Origin: Lachnospiraceae bacterium UBA7481
Lineage (GTDB): Bacteria > Bacillota > Clostridia > Lachnospirales > Lachnospiraceae
Direction: 5' to 3'
Assembly: GCA_002478505.1 (NCBI GenBank)
Contig: DLOP01000022.1
Location: 28,919 to 67,546, forward strand
DNA length: 38,628 nucleotides
The stretch's first letter is position 1; the number at the start of each line of letters is the position of its first letter. The notes under the pieces were generated by a model. The model searched no databases. It was not told where the DNA came from and worked only from the letters and a program-made list of their open reading frames with translations. Made by a program: the position numbers and the translations under genes. Positions 1 to 8,615 of this stretch are shown here, one piece after another.

Positions 1-22
1 TCACATCATATCCTGCCTGCGT

Positions 23-166
23 GGCATGTGCCTGAAACCGGGATGCCCGGCGATTACGAAGCAGGCAGACGGCACTGTGAAAATTGATGAGACGATGTGT
101 AACGGATGCGGTCTTTGCAAGACGCAGTGTAAGTTTGAGGCGATTGAGACTGTGCCGATTGCATAA
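23..166 (+). CDS. iorA: indolepyruvate ferredoxin oxidoreductase alpha subunit, C-terminal ferredoxin end (partial)
   Basis: Frame 2 reads GMCLKPGCPAITKQADGTVKIDETMCNGCGLCKTQCKFEAIETVPIA* (CxxCxxCxxxC 4Fe-4S motif) directly upstream of iorB. Bases 1-22 look chimeric. Confidence 0.85.
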   Translation, partial: GMCLKPGCPAITKQADGTVKIDETMCNGCGLCKTQCKFEAIETVPIA

Positions 167-213
167 GCGGGACGGACATAAAATACATGACAGAGAGGAG
201 CAGGACGATCCAT

Positions 214-789
214 ATGGAACAGACAAAAAGTATCATGATCGTAGGCGTAGGCGGACAGGGAACGCTGCTGACCAGCAGGATCCTCGGCGGTATCACGACG
301 CAGGCAGGATATGATGTGAAATTATCAGAGGTACACGGAATGGCACAGAGAGGCGGTTCTGTGGTGACCTTTGTGCGGTATGGAAAAGAAGTGGCGGAGC
401 CGATCGTAGAAGAGGGTTGCGCAGATGTTTTGATTGCATTTGAACGTTTAGAGGCGCTCCGTTATGCGCACTTCCTGAAAAAGGACGGTGTGATCATCGT
501 GAATGACCAGCGGATCGATCCGATGACGGTGGTGACCGGAGCGGCGGAATATCCGGAGCAGATCATTGAGAATCTGTCAAAGGAATATCAGGTAGTTGCG
601 GTGGACGCTATGGCGGAGGCAAAGAAACTCGGCAACGCCAAGGTTTTTAATACCATTATTATCGGCGTGGCGGCTAAGCGGATGAATTTTACAAAGGAAG
701 AATGGCTTCAAGTGATTGAGAAGACGGTCCCGCCTAAAACGGTGGAGATCAACAAGGCGGCATTTGAAGCAGGGTATGCAGGTGCATGA
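214..789 (+). CDS. iorB: indolepyruvate ferredoxin oxidoreductase beta subunit
   Basis: GVGGQG, SEVHGMAQRGGSV and AFERLEALR motifs. Start taken at ATG 214 (ORF is open from 187). Confidence 0.93.
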   Translation: MEQTKSIMIVGVGGQGTLLTSRILGGITTQAGYDVKLSEVHGMAQRGGSVVTFVRYGKEVAEPIVEEGCADVLIAFERLEALRYAHFLKKDGVIIVNDQRIDPMTVVTGAAEYPEQIIENLSKEYQVVAVDAMAEAKKLGNAKVFNTIIIGVAAKRMNFTKEEWLQVIEKTVPPKTVEINKAAFEAGYAGA

Positions 790-1118
790 TGATTGATAAT
801 ATGATGACGCACATCAAGGTAAATAATGAAGTGGATCTGTGTGAGATCATTGCCGTGAACGATAAACGCAGAAATGTGGTAAGGCACAAGATAGAAGCGG
901 CGCTGCAGTACGCAAGAGTTTCCTATTTTCTTCGGTGGCAGGAACCGGGGTTTTTGCAGAGAGTTTTGCTGAAGGAGAAGACAAGGCTGATCATCTGCGT
1001 CAATGAAGCGCAGATGGAGGAGGCGCTTCGGGTCATTGATGGACTACAGTTGACAGAGAAGGATGTGCTGCTTTCCGGAAAGAAATCGAAAAATCGATAT
1101 ATTTATGAGAATAAATGA
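786..1118 (+). CDS. hypothetical protein
   Basis: 110-aa ORF with ATGA overlap on the iorB stop. Confidence 0.7.
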   Translation: MMIDNMMTHIKVNNEVDLCEIIAVNDKRRNVVRHKIEAALQYARVSYFLRWQEPGFLQRVLLKEKTRLIICVNEAQMEEALRVIDGLQLTEKDVLLSGKKSKNRYIYENK

Positions 1119-1155
1119 AGGTTCGGGAGCATATAGGGACATGCCACATTGATTA

Positions 1156-1182
1156 AGTTCACATAAATATATTATGGTAAGT
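1156..1182 (-). other. dif-like (Xer) site with 5-bp spacer
   Basis: Minus strand ACTTACCATAA-TATAT-TTATGTGAACT resembles Bacillus dif ACTTCCTAGAA-TATATA-TTATGTAAACT; spacer is one base short. Confidence 0.45.
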
Positions 1183-1185
1183 AGA

Positions 1186-1217
1186 TTGAAAAATAAGATT
1201 GATATCTTATTTTTCAA
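1186..1217. repeat. perfect 14-bp inverted repeat
   Basis: TTGAAAAATAAGAT-tgat-ATCTTATTTTTCAA. Confidence 0.8.
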
Positions 1218-1304
1218 CCAGCAATTTGAGTCAGAGCCTCAAATTGCTCTGACATGAAAGATTCGTGGGATATAACATATTAGAAATGCAGGAGGTAATG
1301 CAGT

Positions 1305-1505
1305 ATGGGACTTCGTTTCAGAAAGAGTATTAAGGTTGCGCCGGGAGTAAAAGTGAATCTCGGATCGAAAAGCGTAGGAGTCAGCATCGGCGGCAAGCAT
1401 GCCGGAATTTCCATCAATTCCAAAACAGGCACTACGGCAAGAGTTTCCGCAGGGCACGGAACCGGTCTGAGTTATGTCACAAAGATAGGCGGTAAAAAGA
1501 AATAA
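1305..1505 (+). CDS. stand-alone DUF4236-like small protein
   Basis: MGLRFRKSIKVAPGVKVNL..SVGVSIG..GTGLSY pattern typical of DUF4236; AGGAGG RBS. Confidence 0.75.
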   Translation: MGLRFRKSIKVAPGVKVNLGSKSVGVSIGGKHAGISINSKTGTTARVSAGHGTGLSYVTKIGGKKK

Positions 1506-1560
1506 GGGGATCGTGGAATCGACTGATTTCATGGACAGAAAAAGGTAAAAAATAAAAGGA

Positions 1561-1594
1561 AGGGGAACCGGTAATGCCAGTTCCCCTGATTTTT
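1561..1594 (+). terminator. intrinsic terminator
   Basis: AGGGGAAC...GTTCCCCT stem followed by a T run. Confidence 0.65.
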
Positions 1595-1772
1595 ATGTTA
1601 TTTTGCAACTTAAACCTTTGGCACTGCAGCTTAGGTAACGACATATTGAAAAAAGTGAGAATATGATATTCTGGGGTCAAAGTAAAGACAATGAAATCTA
1701 TTGATTTTAAAGTCAAAATGCCAGACAGATCAAAAATAAAAAAGCCCGGTATTTTTTTAATTTCAAATTTCC

Positions 1773-1800
1773 TTGCTAATTTAAAATAAAATGATATAAT
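1773..1800 (+). promoter_or_regulatory. sigmaA promoter (extended -10) for rhuM-fic
   Basis: TTGCTA-N16-TATAAT with TG extension. Confidence 0.55.
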
Positions 1801-1840
1801 GGAAATAGATTAAAAACGAATCATTACGAGGAGAGTGTCT

Positions 1841-2836
1841 ATGGAGAGAAGCGAAGTTCTCATTTATGTAACTGAAGACGGAACTGTTAAATTAGAGGTT
1901 ACGATGGAGTCGGAGACAGTATGGCTGAATTTAAATCAGCTGTGCGAGCTGTTTCAGCGTGACAAATCCGTTATATCAAGACATATAAAGAACATATTTG
2001 CAGAAGGAGAATTGGAGCAAGATTCAGTTGTTGCATTTTTTGCAACAACTGCAGAAGATGGAAAAACATATCAGGTTGCTTATTACAATTTGGATGTGAT
2101 TATTTCTGTGGGCTACCGTGTAAAATCTCTCCGTGGTACGCAGTTCCGAAAATGGGCGTTGAAAGTCTTGAAAGAATATATGGTAAAAGGTTTTGCGCTG
2201 GATGATGATAGATTAAAAAAACTTGGTGGTGGTAATTACTTTGAAGAATTGTTGTCACGAATCAGAAGTATTCGTGCAAGTGAAAAAGTATTTTGGAGAA
2301 AGGTTTTGGATATCTATGCTACCAGCATAGATTATGACCCGAAGTCAGAAATTTCCGTGCAGTTTTTTAAACAGGTGCAGAATAAGATGCATTGGGCGGC
2401 GCATCGTCATACTGCGGCGGAAGTGATTTATGAGAGGGCTGATAGTGAAAAAGAATTTATGGGTCTGACAAGCTGGCGTGGAGAATTCCCAGAGAGAACA
2501 GATGTAGAAATTGCGAAAAACTATTTAAGCAGAGAAGAACTTGAGATATTGGACAGGCTTGTTTCTGCTTATCTGGATATTGCAGAACTGCGGGCAATGA
2601 ACCGTGAACCTATGTATATGAAAGATTGGCTTGAAACAATAGATGATTACTTAAAAATGACAAGACGTGATATTTTAACACACAAAGGAAAGATATCACA
2701 CAGACAGGCACTGGAGAAAGCGCATAAAGAATATGAAAAATATTCAGAGAAGGCGAAGCAGTATTTATCAGCAGTAGAAAAACATTATTTGGAAGCTATT
2801 TCCACCTTGGAAGGAATTGAAAAGAAACAGGAGTAG
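1841..2836 (+). CDS. RhuM-family (virulence RhuM) protein
   Basis: ETVWL..Q..ELFQ..KSVISRHIKNIF, YNLDVIISVGYRVKS.RGTQFR.WA, IRSIRASEK, VQNKMHWA motifs. ATG 1841 follows GAGGAG. Confidence 0.9.
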   Translation: MERSEVLIYVTEDGTVKLEVTMESETVWLNLNQLCELFQRDKSVISRHIKNIFAEGELEQDSVVAFFATTAEDGKTYQVAYYNLDVIISVGYRVKSLRGTQFRKWALKVLKEYMVKGFALDDDRLKKLGGGNYFEELLSRIRSIRASEKVFWRKVLDIYATSIDYDPKSEISVQFFKQVQNKMHWAAHRHTAAEVIYERADSEKEFMGLTSWRGEFPERTDVEIAKNYLSREELEILDRLVSAYLDIAELRAMNREPMYMKDWLETIDDYLKMTRRDILTHKGKISHRQALEKAHKEYEKYSEKAKQYLSAVEKHYLEAISTLEGIEKKQE

Positions 2837-2844
2837 TTTATATT

Positions 2845-4005
2845 ATGGAAGATATTGACAAATATGCATGTCATGACGAAGCAATGCAGTGTATGGAAAA
2901 GAATAATGCCGGAGAATATGAAATTATTCGTAATGCTGCAGGAGTACAAGAAGCGCACAGCAGATTATATTATCGTACTTATATGCCTGCTCCATTACAA
3001 CACGTAGATGAGCAGCAATTTCTGATAGATGAATGGGGACACCGGCTAAATGTCATTTATAGAGAAATCGGGAAAATGCAGGGGCTTAGCTTTTATGAAA
3101 CAGATTTCAAAGCTAGAAACAGACAGCTTTATAAGCAGGAATGCATTTCTGTTTTGGAAAATAATGATATAGAGATACAATTAACAGATGTATTTAGTAT
3201 TCGGTTATCAGAAGAAATTTTCAAAAAAAAGGTTTTATATGAATGCATGGAAGAACATCAAGACCGGATTTGTAGTAATATTCTTAGGGGAAAATTTAAA
3301 ATAAAACATCTGAATGCGACATTCCGACGGAATCAAATATGGGAAAATTCAAAATTTAAGAAAGTAAGTTTGTTGGAGTATAATCCACCAGCACCGGAAC
3401 AAGTACCTGAGTTGATGCGGGACTTGGAACTATATTGGAATGAAGCTATAAGGATAGATCCGGTTATAAAAGCGGGGCTTCTGGCGTATCAATTCTTAAC
3501 AATTATGCCGTATGAGCAAGATAATGAAATTTGGATCAGCATTTTGTTAAACTTCTTTTTGAGACAGAAGGGTATGGGAAGTGATTATTACATTCCATTT
3601 GCCAGATATTTTGTAGAGCAGGATGCGGAGCGGAAGTCGGCAATGCGTCAAGTTAGAGAAAGTGGAGATTACAGTAAATGGATTTCATTTTTTATACATG
3701 TTGTAGAAATGGCGGTTGCCAAAACGAATCAGGCGATTATGCAGTTGGAACAGATTCATAAGAATACCTTGATTTCTATCGAAAATGAAAAACAAAAATC
3801 ATTATTGCAGGAGATATCTGCATTTATGGAAGAAAATCCGGTTTTTGTCATTCATGATATCGAGCAGGAGTTTCATACAGCATATAATACCGCTGCGAAG
3901 TTAGTTGCTATTTTAGAAAAACATGACTTGATAAAGGAAATTTCAAATAAGAAGAGATACAGAGTCTATTGTTATGAGAGGTATATTAGGGAGATTCTGA
4001 GATAA
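2845..4005 (+). CDS. Fic/DOC-family protein with degenerate active site and C-terminal HTH
   Basis: YNPPAPEQVPELMRDLE..IDPVIKAGLLAYQFLTIMPY matches the Fic fold, but HPFxDGNGR is replaced by MPYEQDNEI. C-terminal YNTAAKLV..L HTH-like segment. Confidence 0.8.
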   Translation: MEDIDKYACHDEAMQCMEKNNAGEYEIIRNAAGVQEAHSRLYYRTYMPAPLQHVDEQQFLIDEWGHRLNVIYREIGKMQGLSFYETDFKARNRQLYKQECISVLENNDIEIQLTDVFSIRLSEEIFKKKVLYECMEEHQDRICSNILRGKFKIKHLNATFRRNQIWENSKFKKVSLLEYNPPAPEQVPELMRDLELYWNEAIRIDPVIKAGLLAYQFLTIMPYEQDNEIWISILLNFFLRQKGMGSDYYIPFARYFVEQDAERKSAMRQVRESGDYSKWISFFIHVVEMAVAKTNQAIMQLEQIHKNTLISIENEKQKSLLQEISAFMEENPVFVIHDIEQEFHTAYNTAAKLVAILEKHDLIKEISNKKRYRVYCYERYIREILR

Positions 4006-4120
4006 AAAGGATTGTAAATATTTTTTATATAATTACATAGCGGCAATGCGGATAACACTGTTTTTGACCTGAATGGGTTAAAGACGGTTGCAATCAAGCG
4101 GTATGTGGGAAATAAAATCA

Positions 4121-4153
4121 TAGGGGCAGGTAATACCTGCTCCGATGTTTTTT
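4121..4153 (+). terminator. probable intrinsic terminator
   Basis: GGGGCAGGT-aat-ACCTGCTCC stem, T run shortly after. Confidence 0.5.
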
Positions 4154-4257
4154 CTAGAAAGGTTTCATATAAGGGCGTTCTGCCATTGCTTAGACATAGG
4201 GATATCTAGGGTTTGAAATGGAAACAATCTCATGATTGCTGCATTTGATGTTTTGGT

Positions 4258-4323
4258 CGATTTCTGCAAAATATAGACGATTTCTGCAATTTAGTTGACT
4301 AATGTGATAAGGAAAAATACGAT
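4258..4323 (+). promoter_or_regulatory. LytTR-type direct repeats plus sigmaA promoter upstream of agrA
   Basis: CGATTTCTGCAA at 4258 and 4278 (20-bp period), then TTGACT(4295)-N17-TACGAT(4318). Confidence 0.65.
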
Positions 4324-4482
4324 AATGAGGGGGAATTTAGATTTTTAGTATGTCGTTTTTCTTACTTATTAATGTAGAGAAAAGATTAGTGGTTTTAGTA
4401 CGATATGTCGAAATGCAAAACGGTGGAGCATAAAATATCAGAGACAGACTGCTATTAATTAGCAGGAGAGGAGGCAAAACAG

Positions 4483-5208
4483 ATGTTCAAAATTGCAATA
4501 TGTGATGATGAAAATCTTTTTGCAGAAGAACTAAAAGAACTGATCTCCGGCTATTTGATGGAAAAAGGTCTTGTTTTTGAAATAGATACATATAGCTCCG
4601 GAGAGGCATTGGTAGAATTAGGCATTGAGATGGCACAGTATACTATCGTGTTTTTGGATATCAATATGGATAAAGTTGATGGTATCATGGTTGCTGAGAA
4701 AATCAGAGAAATAAGCCGGGATGTATTTATAGTATTTGTGACCGCATATGTGGATTATTCGCTGGAAGGATACCGATTAGATGTTGTAAGGTACTTGCTT
4801 AAGGGCAACGCCCATTTTCAGAGTAACATTAATGAATGTATGGATGCCATAATTAAAAAGTTGAATTATTCCGTGACAAAAAGGAAATTTGACTTTAGGG
4901 AAGGCAGAAAAGAATTATCCTTGGAAAGATTATTGTATATTGAGAGTAATCTTCATATACTTAGGTTTCATATTATGGAGGATGATATGAAAGAATACAC
5001 CATGTATGAAACATTAAATATATTTGAAACCAAACTGCCAGAGGATGATTTTATAAGGATACATCAGAGTTTTCTTGTAAATATAAAACATATCAAAAAT
5101 GTTGCCCGTTATAAAGTGATACTGACAAACGGGGTTGAGTTGACCATACCGAAAGCAAGGTATACAGGAGTTAAGAAAAAGTTTATAAAGTGTCAGGGAG
5201 AAATATAA
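4483..5208 (+). CDS. agrA: LytTR-family response regulator (AgrA-like)
   Basis: IAICDD, VFLDINM receiver; YIES..H and FIRIHQSFLVN LytTR domain. Confidence 0.92.
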   Translation: MFKIAICDDENLFAEELKELISGYLMEKGLVFEIDTYSSGEALVELGIEMAQYTIVFLDINMDKVDGIMVAEKIREISRDVFIVFVTAYVDYSLEGYRLDVVRYLLKGNAHFQSNINECMDAIIKKLNYSVTKRKFDFREGRKELSLERLLYIESNLHILRFHIMEDDMKEYTMYETLNIFETKLPEDDFIRIHQSFLVNIKHIKNVARYKVILTNGVELTIPKARYTGVKKKFIKCQGEI

Positions 5209-6501
5209 ATGTTTGATTTAATGCAGAATGTATTGTTGATATTTATTGAAACAATGTGTTGTAAGAGCTTTTTTGAAACTTTTGGTAAAATACGGCATAA
5301 AGGGTGGATTAATTTAATACAGGTTTTGCTGTTGCTTAGTAGTATGTGTTTTTATTCGTATGTATTATCTGAATATTTCGTACTAAGACAGATTATTGCG
5401 ATTTCTGTATTTTCAGTATTTATGCTTTGGTATGTTAAAATCAGCTTGAAAAAATCTTTTGTATTGGCAATACTATTTGACGCATTGCTGCTGGCAATGG
5501 ATTATTTGACATATTTAATTGGTAGCTGTCTGCATTTGGAAAGTGAGAGGTTAGGGCAACAGTATGTGGTTGTTTTGGTATATCTATTGGGAAAAGTCGT
5601 ATTATTTCTTCTTATTCTTATTATAAGAAAACAGTTTGGAAAAAAGACGATGGAAATGATGCTGGATACAGAATGGTTAAGGTTTTTGTTTTTTCCTGTT
5701 TTTACCATTGTAGCTATTTTGGCAATGGTATCTATTTTTGGATTTGTGCAGACAGTGGAGCAGGCAAATTTGCTTGCTGTCATAGCTTTTGGAATGGTGG
5801 GAATGAATATTGTTGTATTTTATTTAATTAACGATATCGTGGAAAGGGAAATGAAATTGCATGAAAACAGGGTTTTTCAGATTCAGGCGAAAAATCAGTT
5901 GGAAATGTACAAGTCTATTTCTGAAAACTTTGATAACTTAAAAAGAAAGACACATGAATATAAAAACCAGATTTCATGTATAGAATCCTTGCTGGAAAAA
6001 AAGCAATATTCCAAATTAGAAGAATATGTAAAAAAGATTTATGGTTCTCTGAATAATGTACCGGATGCCATTAATACCAATAATGTAATCATAAATGCCA
6101 TACTTAATACAAAGTATCAGGAGGCAGACGCAAAGGGAATTGTGTTTGCGTTCAGGGTAAATGATCTTTCAGAACTGAAAATGAAAGATGAGGATGTGGT
6201 TACTGTCCTTGCAAACCTTCTGAACAATGCCATTGAAGCATGTGAGTCATGTGAGGATAAAAAGGTAATTAAGTTCAAGTTCATTAAAGAAGATGATATG
6301 ATAATCATTGCGGTTAAAAATACCTTTAATTATGATGTTGTATATGAGAATGGTGAGATAAAAACTACGAAAACCTCAAGCGTTGAGGAACATGGTGTAG
6401 GAATCAAGAATGTGTTAAAAATTATTGAGAAATATGGTGGTGCATATGTCATTGAAGATAAGAATAAAGAATTTTACTTTTCAATTATTATTCCTGCATG
6501 A
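5209..6501 (+). CDS. agrC: GHKL sensor histidine kinase (AgrC-like)
   Basis: Multiple N-terminal TM segments, HEYKNQI H-box, NLLNNAIEA N-box, HGVGIKNV G-box. Confidence 0.92.
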   Translation: MFDLMQNVLLIFIETMCCKSFFETFGKIRHKGWINLIQVLLLLSSMCFYSYVLSEYFVLRQIIAISVFSVFMLWYVKISLKKSFVLAILFDALLLAMDYLTYLIGSCLHLESERLGQQYVVVLVYLLGKVVLFLLILIIRKQFGKKTMEMMLDTEWLRFLFFPVFTIVAILAMVSIFGFVQTVEQANLLAVIAFGMVGMNIVVFYLINDIVEREMKLHENRVFQIQAKNQLEMYKSISENFDNLKRKTHEYKNQISCIESLLEKKQYSKLEEYVKKIYGSLNNVPDAINTNNVIINAILNTKYQEADAKGIVFAFRVNDLSELKMKDEDVVTVLANLLNNAIEACESCEDKKVIKFKFIKEDDMIIIAVKNTFNYDVVYENGEIKTTKTSSVEEHGVGIKNVLKIIEKYGGAYVIEDKNKEFYFSIIIPA

Positions 6502-6539
6502 AAACGATATTAAAAAATTGTCTCTAAAACTTTTTTGTG

Positions 6540-6585
6540 CCGTTTTCTGCTATATACAGTCCGTTTTCTGCAAAATAACTTGATT
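6540..6585 (+). promoter_or_regulatory. LytTR-type direct repeats upstream of agrB
   Basis: CCGTTTTCTGC at 6540 and 6561 (21-bp period), then TTGATT at 6580; same motif as upstream of agrA. Confidence 0.7.
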
Positions 6586-6623
6586 TTTTCATTATATTAT
6601 TCATATTAAATAATCAAGGAGGC

Positions 6624-7214
6624 ATGTCTATGATAGAAAAGATGGCATTAAAGATCGTCAATCAAATGGAGGCGGAGAAGATAATAAGCAAATCAAACTG
6701 TGAATATTATGAATATGCATTAATAGGTGTGGTGGAACGTACTATAACAGTTGGAACCATGCTGCTATTAGGATTGATATTCAGGCTAGTTTTACCCACG
6801 ATTTGTTTTATGGTGTTCTTTTTTTCATTGAGAAAACGGACAGGAGGATTTCATGCGAACGAGTTTTGGCAGTGTTATCTAGGGACAGTCATATTTTATA
6901 TTGCAATTATGCAGATTGTACCTACACTCTGTAAAAAGCTGACTGTTATGTATGTAATGCTATTTCTTGCAATACTTTTAATCTGCATAATGGGGACAAT
7001 AAACCACCCTAATATGGATATGAACAAAAGCGAATTACAAGAGTCTAAGAAAGCGGCAAGACTGATAGTTTTAATGGAAGTAATGATAATTGCTGTCATG
7101 ATTTATCTGAAAGCTGGTATTCTGTATATTGGCTATATGTCGGTGGCTATTATATTATGTGCATTCTTGATGTGTCTGGCAAAAATCACTAAGCAGGAGG
7201 TAAAGGTAAAATGA
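6624..7214 (+). CDS. agrB: accessory gene regulator B family peptide-processing membrane protein
   Basis: EYYEYAL, LRKRTGGFHA....C motif, hydrophobic segments. Confidence 0.92.
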   Translation: MSMIEKMALKIVNQMEAEKIISKSNCEYYEYALIGVVERTITVGTMLLLGLIFRLVLPTICFMVFFFSLRKRTGGFHANEFWQCYLGTVIFYIAIMQIVPTLCKKLTVMYVMLFLAILLICIMGTINHPNMDMNKSELQESKKAARLIVLMEVMIIAVMIYLKAGILYIGYMSVAIILCAFLMCLAKITKQEVKVK

Positions 7215-7360
7215 AAGGAAAAGAAAAAATTCGTGTAAGGGCTTTAAGAGTTGTGGAGAGAATGCTCCGCAATGAGGTTGAAAAGGTTAGTTGTGGGTGG
7301 CCTCCAATCTGTTCTGGACTTACTCATCAGCCGAAGAGACCGAAGAGGGAAGAGGAATAA
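7211..7360 (+). CDS. agrD: AgrD-like cyclic autoinducer precursor (49 aa; missing from ORF track)
   Basis: MKGKEKIRVRALRVVERMLRNEVEKVSCGWPPICSGLTHQPKRPKREEE*; ATGA overlap with agrB, AGGAGG upstream, C-x4-HQPxxP pattern. Confidence 0.85.
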   Translation: MKGKEKIRVRALRVVERMLRNEVEKVSCGWPPICSGLTHQPKRPKREEE

Positions 7361-7511
7361 GATTTAATAATTGATGTGGCAATAATCGTTAATTAAAGCT
7401 TGCGTTGATAATTTTATTAAGTTTAAGGGGGATCTAGGATTGTTAAAGTGACTCTGTTGAACTCTTAAATCGTAGGAAAGTGTACGAGAACTAGAAGGAG
7501 AGAAATTAAAT

Positions 7512-8615
7512 ATGAAGAATTTCATTCGCAGAGTAGTAGGTTTAGCATTGGCATTGGTGTTAGTATGTGGCAGCGGTATGCCTGCAAGAGCTGCCACGAT
7601 TAACGATTTATCAGGCAAGGAGTTTATATCTGGCAGTAATGGCACGATTGATCAATATGTGAATGACATTGCACCAAGGCATGTAGCGGTTTTGGCACAA
7701 TTAGGTAGTATTGATGTGTGCGCAGAATATGGTGTAAGCAGCGGAATTCAGCAGTTTACCCTTGACGGAGATCAGTTAGTACCAGATAATATCTACTATT
7801 ATCTTGTTTACGGGGATGATAGAATTGTAGGGGTAATTACGGCACATCAAGATGAGAACGGAAATATAGTTACAGGTTTGGTAACAGGATATGTGGATGT
7901 ATTAAATGCTGAACTTGTAGACAGTGATGAAAAATACATATTTGTTTCAACGGGAAGCGCATTATATTTAGTAAAAGGAAAAGATAATGCTTATATGTTG
8001 GAGCATCTTGATGAATATGAAGAAATATCTGATATGCAAAATATTGGATATGGAGACTTTAATTCTAAAGAAATTGGAAATGCAATAAATGCGATTGATG
8101 TTGCAAATATACCTGTAGCGCAAGCTTCTTCTATTGATCTTAATGTTCCGATTGTAAGACAGTATAGTAACCCGATATGCTGGGCAGCATCAATGGCATC
8201 AATATTGAATTATGTGAATGGAACAAGTTATACAGCTGTAAATGTTGCAAATGCGACCGGGAAGGGGCTCAATGGCGCATCTTATAATGAAGTAAAGAGT
8301 TATTATACAGGGACATATAAAATGTCAGTAACGGGAACTGGGGCTATGACTTCATCAAAAGTATTTGAGTGTCTTAACAATGGTCAGCCAATACAGGTAT
8401 TCCACTTGCCATCATCAGGAGTTGGACACTCTTTAGTTTTAACAGGAGCGTTTCAAATTTCATCTGATGTGTTTTATGTTTACATGGATCCTAATTACAG
8501 TAGTTATCGTTCTATAGAGGTCGTGGCAGCGGCAAAGTCCGATGGAACAAAGATGGGGATAGACGTAGGCGGAACTACAATGTACTGGAGTAATTCAATT
8601 TATGACATTCATTAA
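7512..8615 (+). CDS. secreted papain-like cysteine protease (pre-pro-enzyme)
   Basis: Signal peptide ending PARA; VPIVRQYSNPICWAA (Gln/Cys), GHSLVLTG (His), YMDPN. Confidence 0.8.
   Translation: MKNFIRRVVGLALALVLVCGSGMPARAATINDLSGKEFISGSNGTIDQYVNDIAPRHVAVLAQLGSIDVCAEYGVSSGIQQFTLDGDQLVPDNIYYYLVYGDDRIVGVITAHQDENGNIVTGLVTGYVDVLNAELVDSDEKYIFVSTGSALYLVKGKDNAYMLEHLDEYEEISDMQNIGYGDFNSKEIGNAINAIDVANIPVAQASSIDLNVPIVRQYSNPICWAASMASILNYVNGTSYTAVNVANATGKGLNGASYNEVKSYYTGTYKMSVTGTGAMTSSKVFECLNNGQPIQVFHLPSSGVGHSLVLTGAFQISSDVFYVYMDPNYSSYRSIEVVAAAKSDGTKMGIDVGGTTMYWSNSIYDIH

Noticed and set aside
1120-1800. att duplicate of the tRNA-Thr 3' end
   Set aside because: No copy of AGCTGCTGACGGGAA found by eye.
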